A stretch of 64,000 nt of DNA from Octopus vulgaris (taxonomy: Eukaryota), in the NCBI GenBank assembly GCA_951406725.2, contig OX597822.1:17794001-17858000 (forward strand), read 5' to 3'. The translations under genes were made by a program, and so were the position numbers. Of this stretch, positions 61,693 to 64,000 are shown piece after piece; position 1 is the stretch's first letter; the number at the start of each line of letters is the position of its first letter. The notes beneath the pieces are model-generated. The model saw only the letters and a program-made list of their open reading frames with translations. It was not told the origin of the DNA and made no database searches.

Positions 61693-64000
61693 GTTTCACT
61701 TAGAAGAGGATTCTCATAGAACAATCTAATATGCAATTGGTTACACCCAGCTGTGCATTTCGTGACCTCAAAATCGTTCCATCTTTACAAGTCTTACCAC
61801 GTTAGACAAATCCTTTTTTCCAAACATTTTAGGAGTGTTTTTGCTATTGTTGTTGGTTAGGATCTTTTTTTTGTTGTTTTGTTGGGGATGGTGGTGGTGT
61901 CTTTGTTAGTGCTATTTCTTTTGAAGTTATTGTTTCTTTTTTCTATTCTTTTTTCGGTTCCCTGCATTTTTTTTTTTTTAAATATGTGAATTAGTATTCT
62001 TTGTTCCTCAGCAAGCTTTCAATGAAGATGTTTATGCAAAAATAAAATCAGAAAACATTTTCCACTTTCCCAACTGAACCTATAGGAAGAAAGTAAACCA
62101 AAGAAAGAAACACTTTAGTGTTCCTTCCATTCCTGTCTCTCACCTTCTCATTCTCTACTTCAGACTCAATCATTTTCCTATTTAAGTCTCCCCACCCCAC
62201 ACACCATATTCTTTTCTCATCTTCTTCATCATCATCGGTCCGCAGATTCTCTTTCCTTCTTCACTTTATTCTGACTCGTCTTTAACTCCACAGTCCTGCC
62301 TCAAAACACAATAGCTATCAAGGAATCATTCAATTTGAACATTATACTCGTTAATCTATTCCAATTATCTCTACTTTAATCCCACCTTCTTCTCTCACAA
62401 AGGCCAAGAAAGATTATCAATGTTTCTCCTTATTCTATCCCCCCAGTTTTCATGTTTTGTCATCCTGTTTGAGTTGACTCAGGATTATAGCAATAAATAT
62501 TAAAACACTCTCTCTGTATCATGTGAAGGTACTTGGTGTTGTGGTTAGGGTGTTGCTATCTGAATCACAAAATCAGGGTTTCCATTCCCGGATTGGTAGG
62601 TGTATTGTGTTCTTGAGCAATACACCTAATTTCACGTTACTCCACTGAGCTGGAAATGAGTAACCCTGCTGTGGACTGAGTCCCATTCAAAGGGGATGCT
62701 GTAATCTCTGTTATTTATACATCACGGAGCCTGGGCCGACAGCCTTGGAGTCCTAGCACTTATGACAGAACTTTCTATACCATCTTATGAAATCATTTTC
62801 TCTTACTGCTTATGATTTCGGCCATAATCAAATCAATCATTTTACAATGAATATTTGCAGAGGTAAATTAATTGTTTTCTTTTTCTTTGTGCAATTGTAT
62901 CTTTGTTGTGTATTTTAAGGATCAGTGTTCCACCAGAATTGGTCCTCATCACTTATAATCAAGCATCCAAGCGATGAAGATCGAAGTGTATGTTTCTGGT
63001 CAAGAGAATATTATTAATCTCAGGTGTAAGAACAATCTCTTCTGCGATCTACCTGGCTCTGCAGTAGATCTCCCTTAAATATGCACAGTCTGCTTTGAAT
63101 GATTATCAAGTTTGCTTCACATTGAGTCTCTGCTTCAATTTCACTGCATGGCACCTTCAACTAGTGCCATTCTTTGTAACTGTGGTCAACCCATGAGTGA
63201 CATTGGGCGGGGGACATAAGCAAAGTAGAAGTCCATCTCATGAGTCAAAGGTCAAGCCTTGCCACTCGTTGTATCATGCTGACTCTACTTGAGAACTCCA
63301 TTAAAGAGTCACATGTTCGTGGAATACTCAGCCACAAAGCTGATTCAAGAAGCAGCTTATCAAACAACTCGATGATGATCATCAAAACTGATGGAGATTC
63401 ATTTTCAGTTCGATTTTCTTCTTTGAGCCTGGTTTTGGTTAGCTATCTGACTATTCCATAACTAGAAAGATTTTTAAATCTGCTCAAATTACAGATGTTT
63501 CTCTTAGCCACCAGTAAGCCTAGTTTTAGTAAACTAAATGAATCTGACATTACCAAAATGGCATTAAATCTCCTCAGATTTGATCAAATCACTGACATAC
63601 ATCTTCAAAACTAATGTAATCAGCTGTTTCACCTGTATAATTTATGAGGTAATGATCTTATGACACTTCCCAATCAACACGTTTTTATAGTAATTTACAA
63701 TAATTTACATTTGGTCTTCCTCTAAGAAGAAATTGTCACTTATCTGGTGTAGAATTGTTATCTTTGTACATCCTTATTTCTATCTAGTTGCACTATAAAT
63801 ACTATTGAATGGTAAGATTAACCTTTTCTCTCCTGACATAAAAGAAAAATTGAAAAAATTAAATTCAAAGAAAAGCTGATTAAAAAAAAATGAGAAACTG
63901 TACTGTGATAAATGCTAATGGGGAAAAACAAAATGAAAACATTGTGTCTAATTTCTAGGTAGGTCTGTAAACATTTTTTTTTTCAGACTTCTTCTCTGTG

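Noticed and set aside
62900-63600. Higher-complexity segment that might be coding
   Set aside because: There are stops in the frames inspected and no recognisable motif or splice-site pair.

Overview
This is AT-rich eukaryotic genomic DNA, not prokaryotic. The repeat families, SINE tails and (TA)n/(CA)n load look like coleoid cephalopod (Octopus-like) DNA; the taxon is an inference. Almost all ORF-track entries are microsatellite artefacts. The recognisable coding sequence is transposon-derived: a rearranged Penelope-like element (RT plus GIY-YIG), RTE LINEs (one with a PHD finger after the RT), three CR1/L2-type LINE copies, R4/Dong and HERO restriction-like-endonuclease fragments, and two DD37D Tc1/mariner deletion derivatives. 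There are also non-autonomous Helitrons carrying a piggyBac MITE, many SINEs and a 100-N gap. One plausible 99-nt host cassette exon lies at 53636-53734. The most notable hidden signal is a set of hammerhead-ribozyme (HHR) motifs read by eye. They include a well-formed type I pair in an inverted Penelope-like repeat, several decayed type I motifs and a type III motif. One candidate non-circularly permuted (pseudoknotted) hammerhead lies in the 3' UTR of a HERO-like retrotransposon (46681-46742, minus). All folds are manual; none has been computed or tested.
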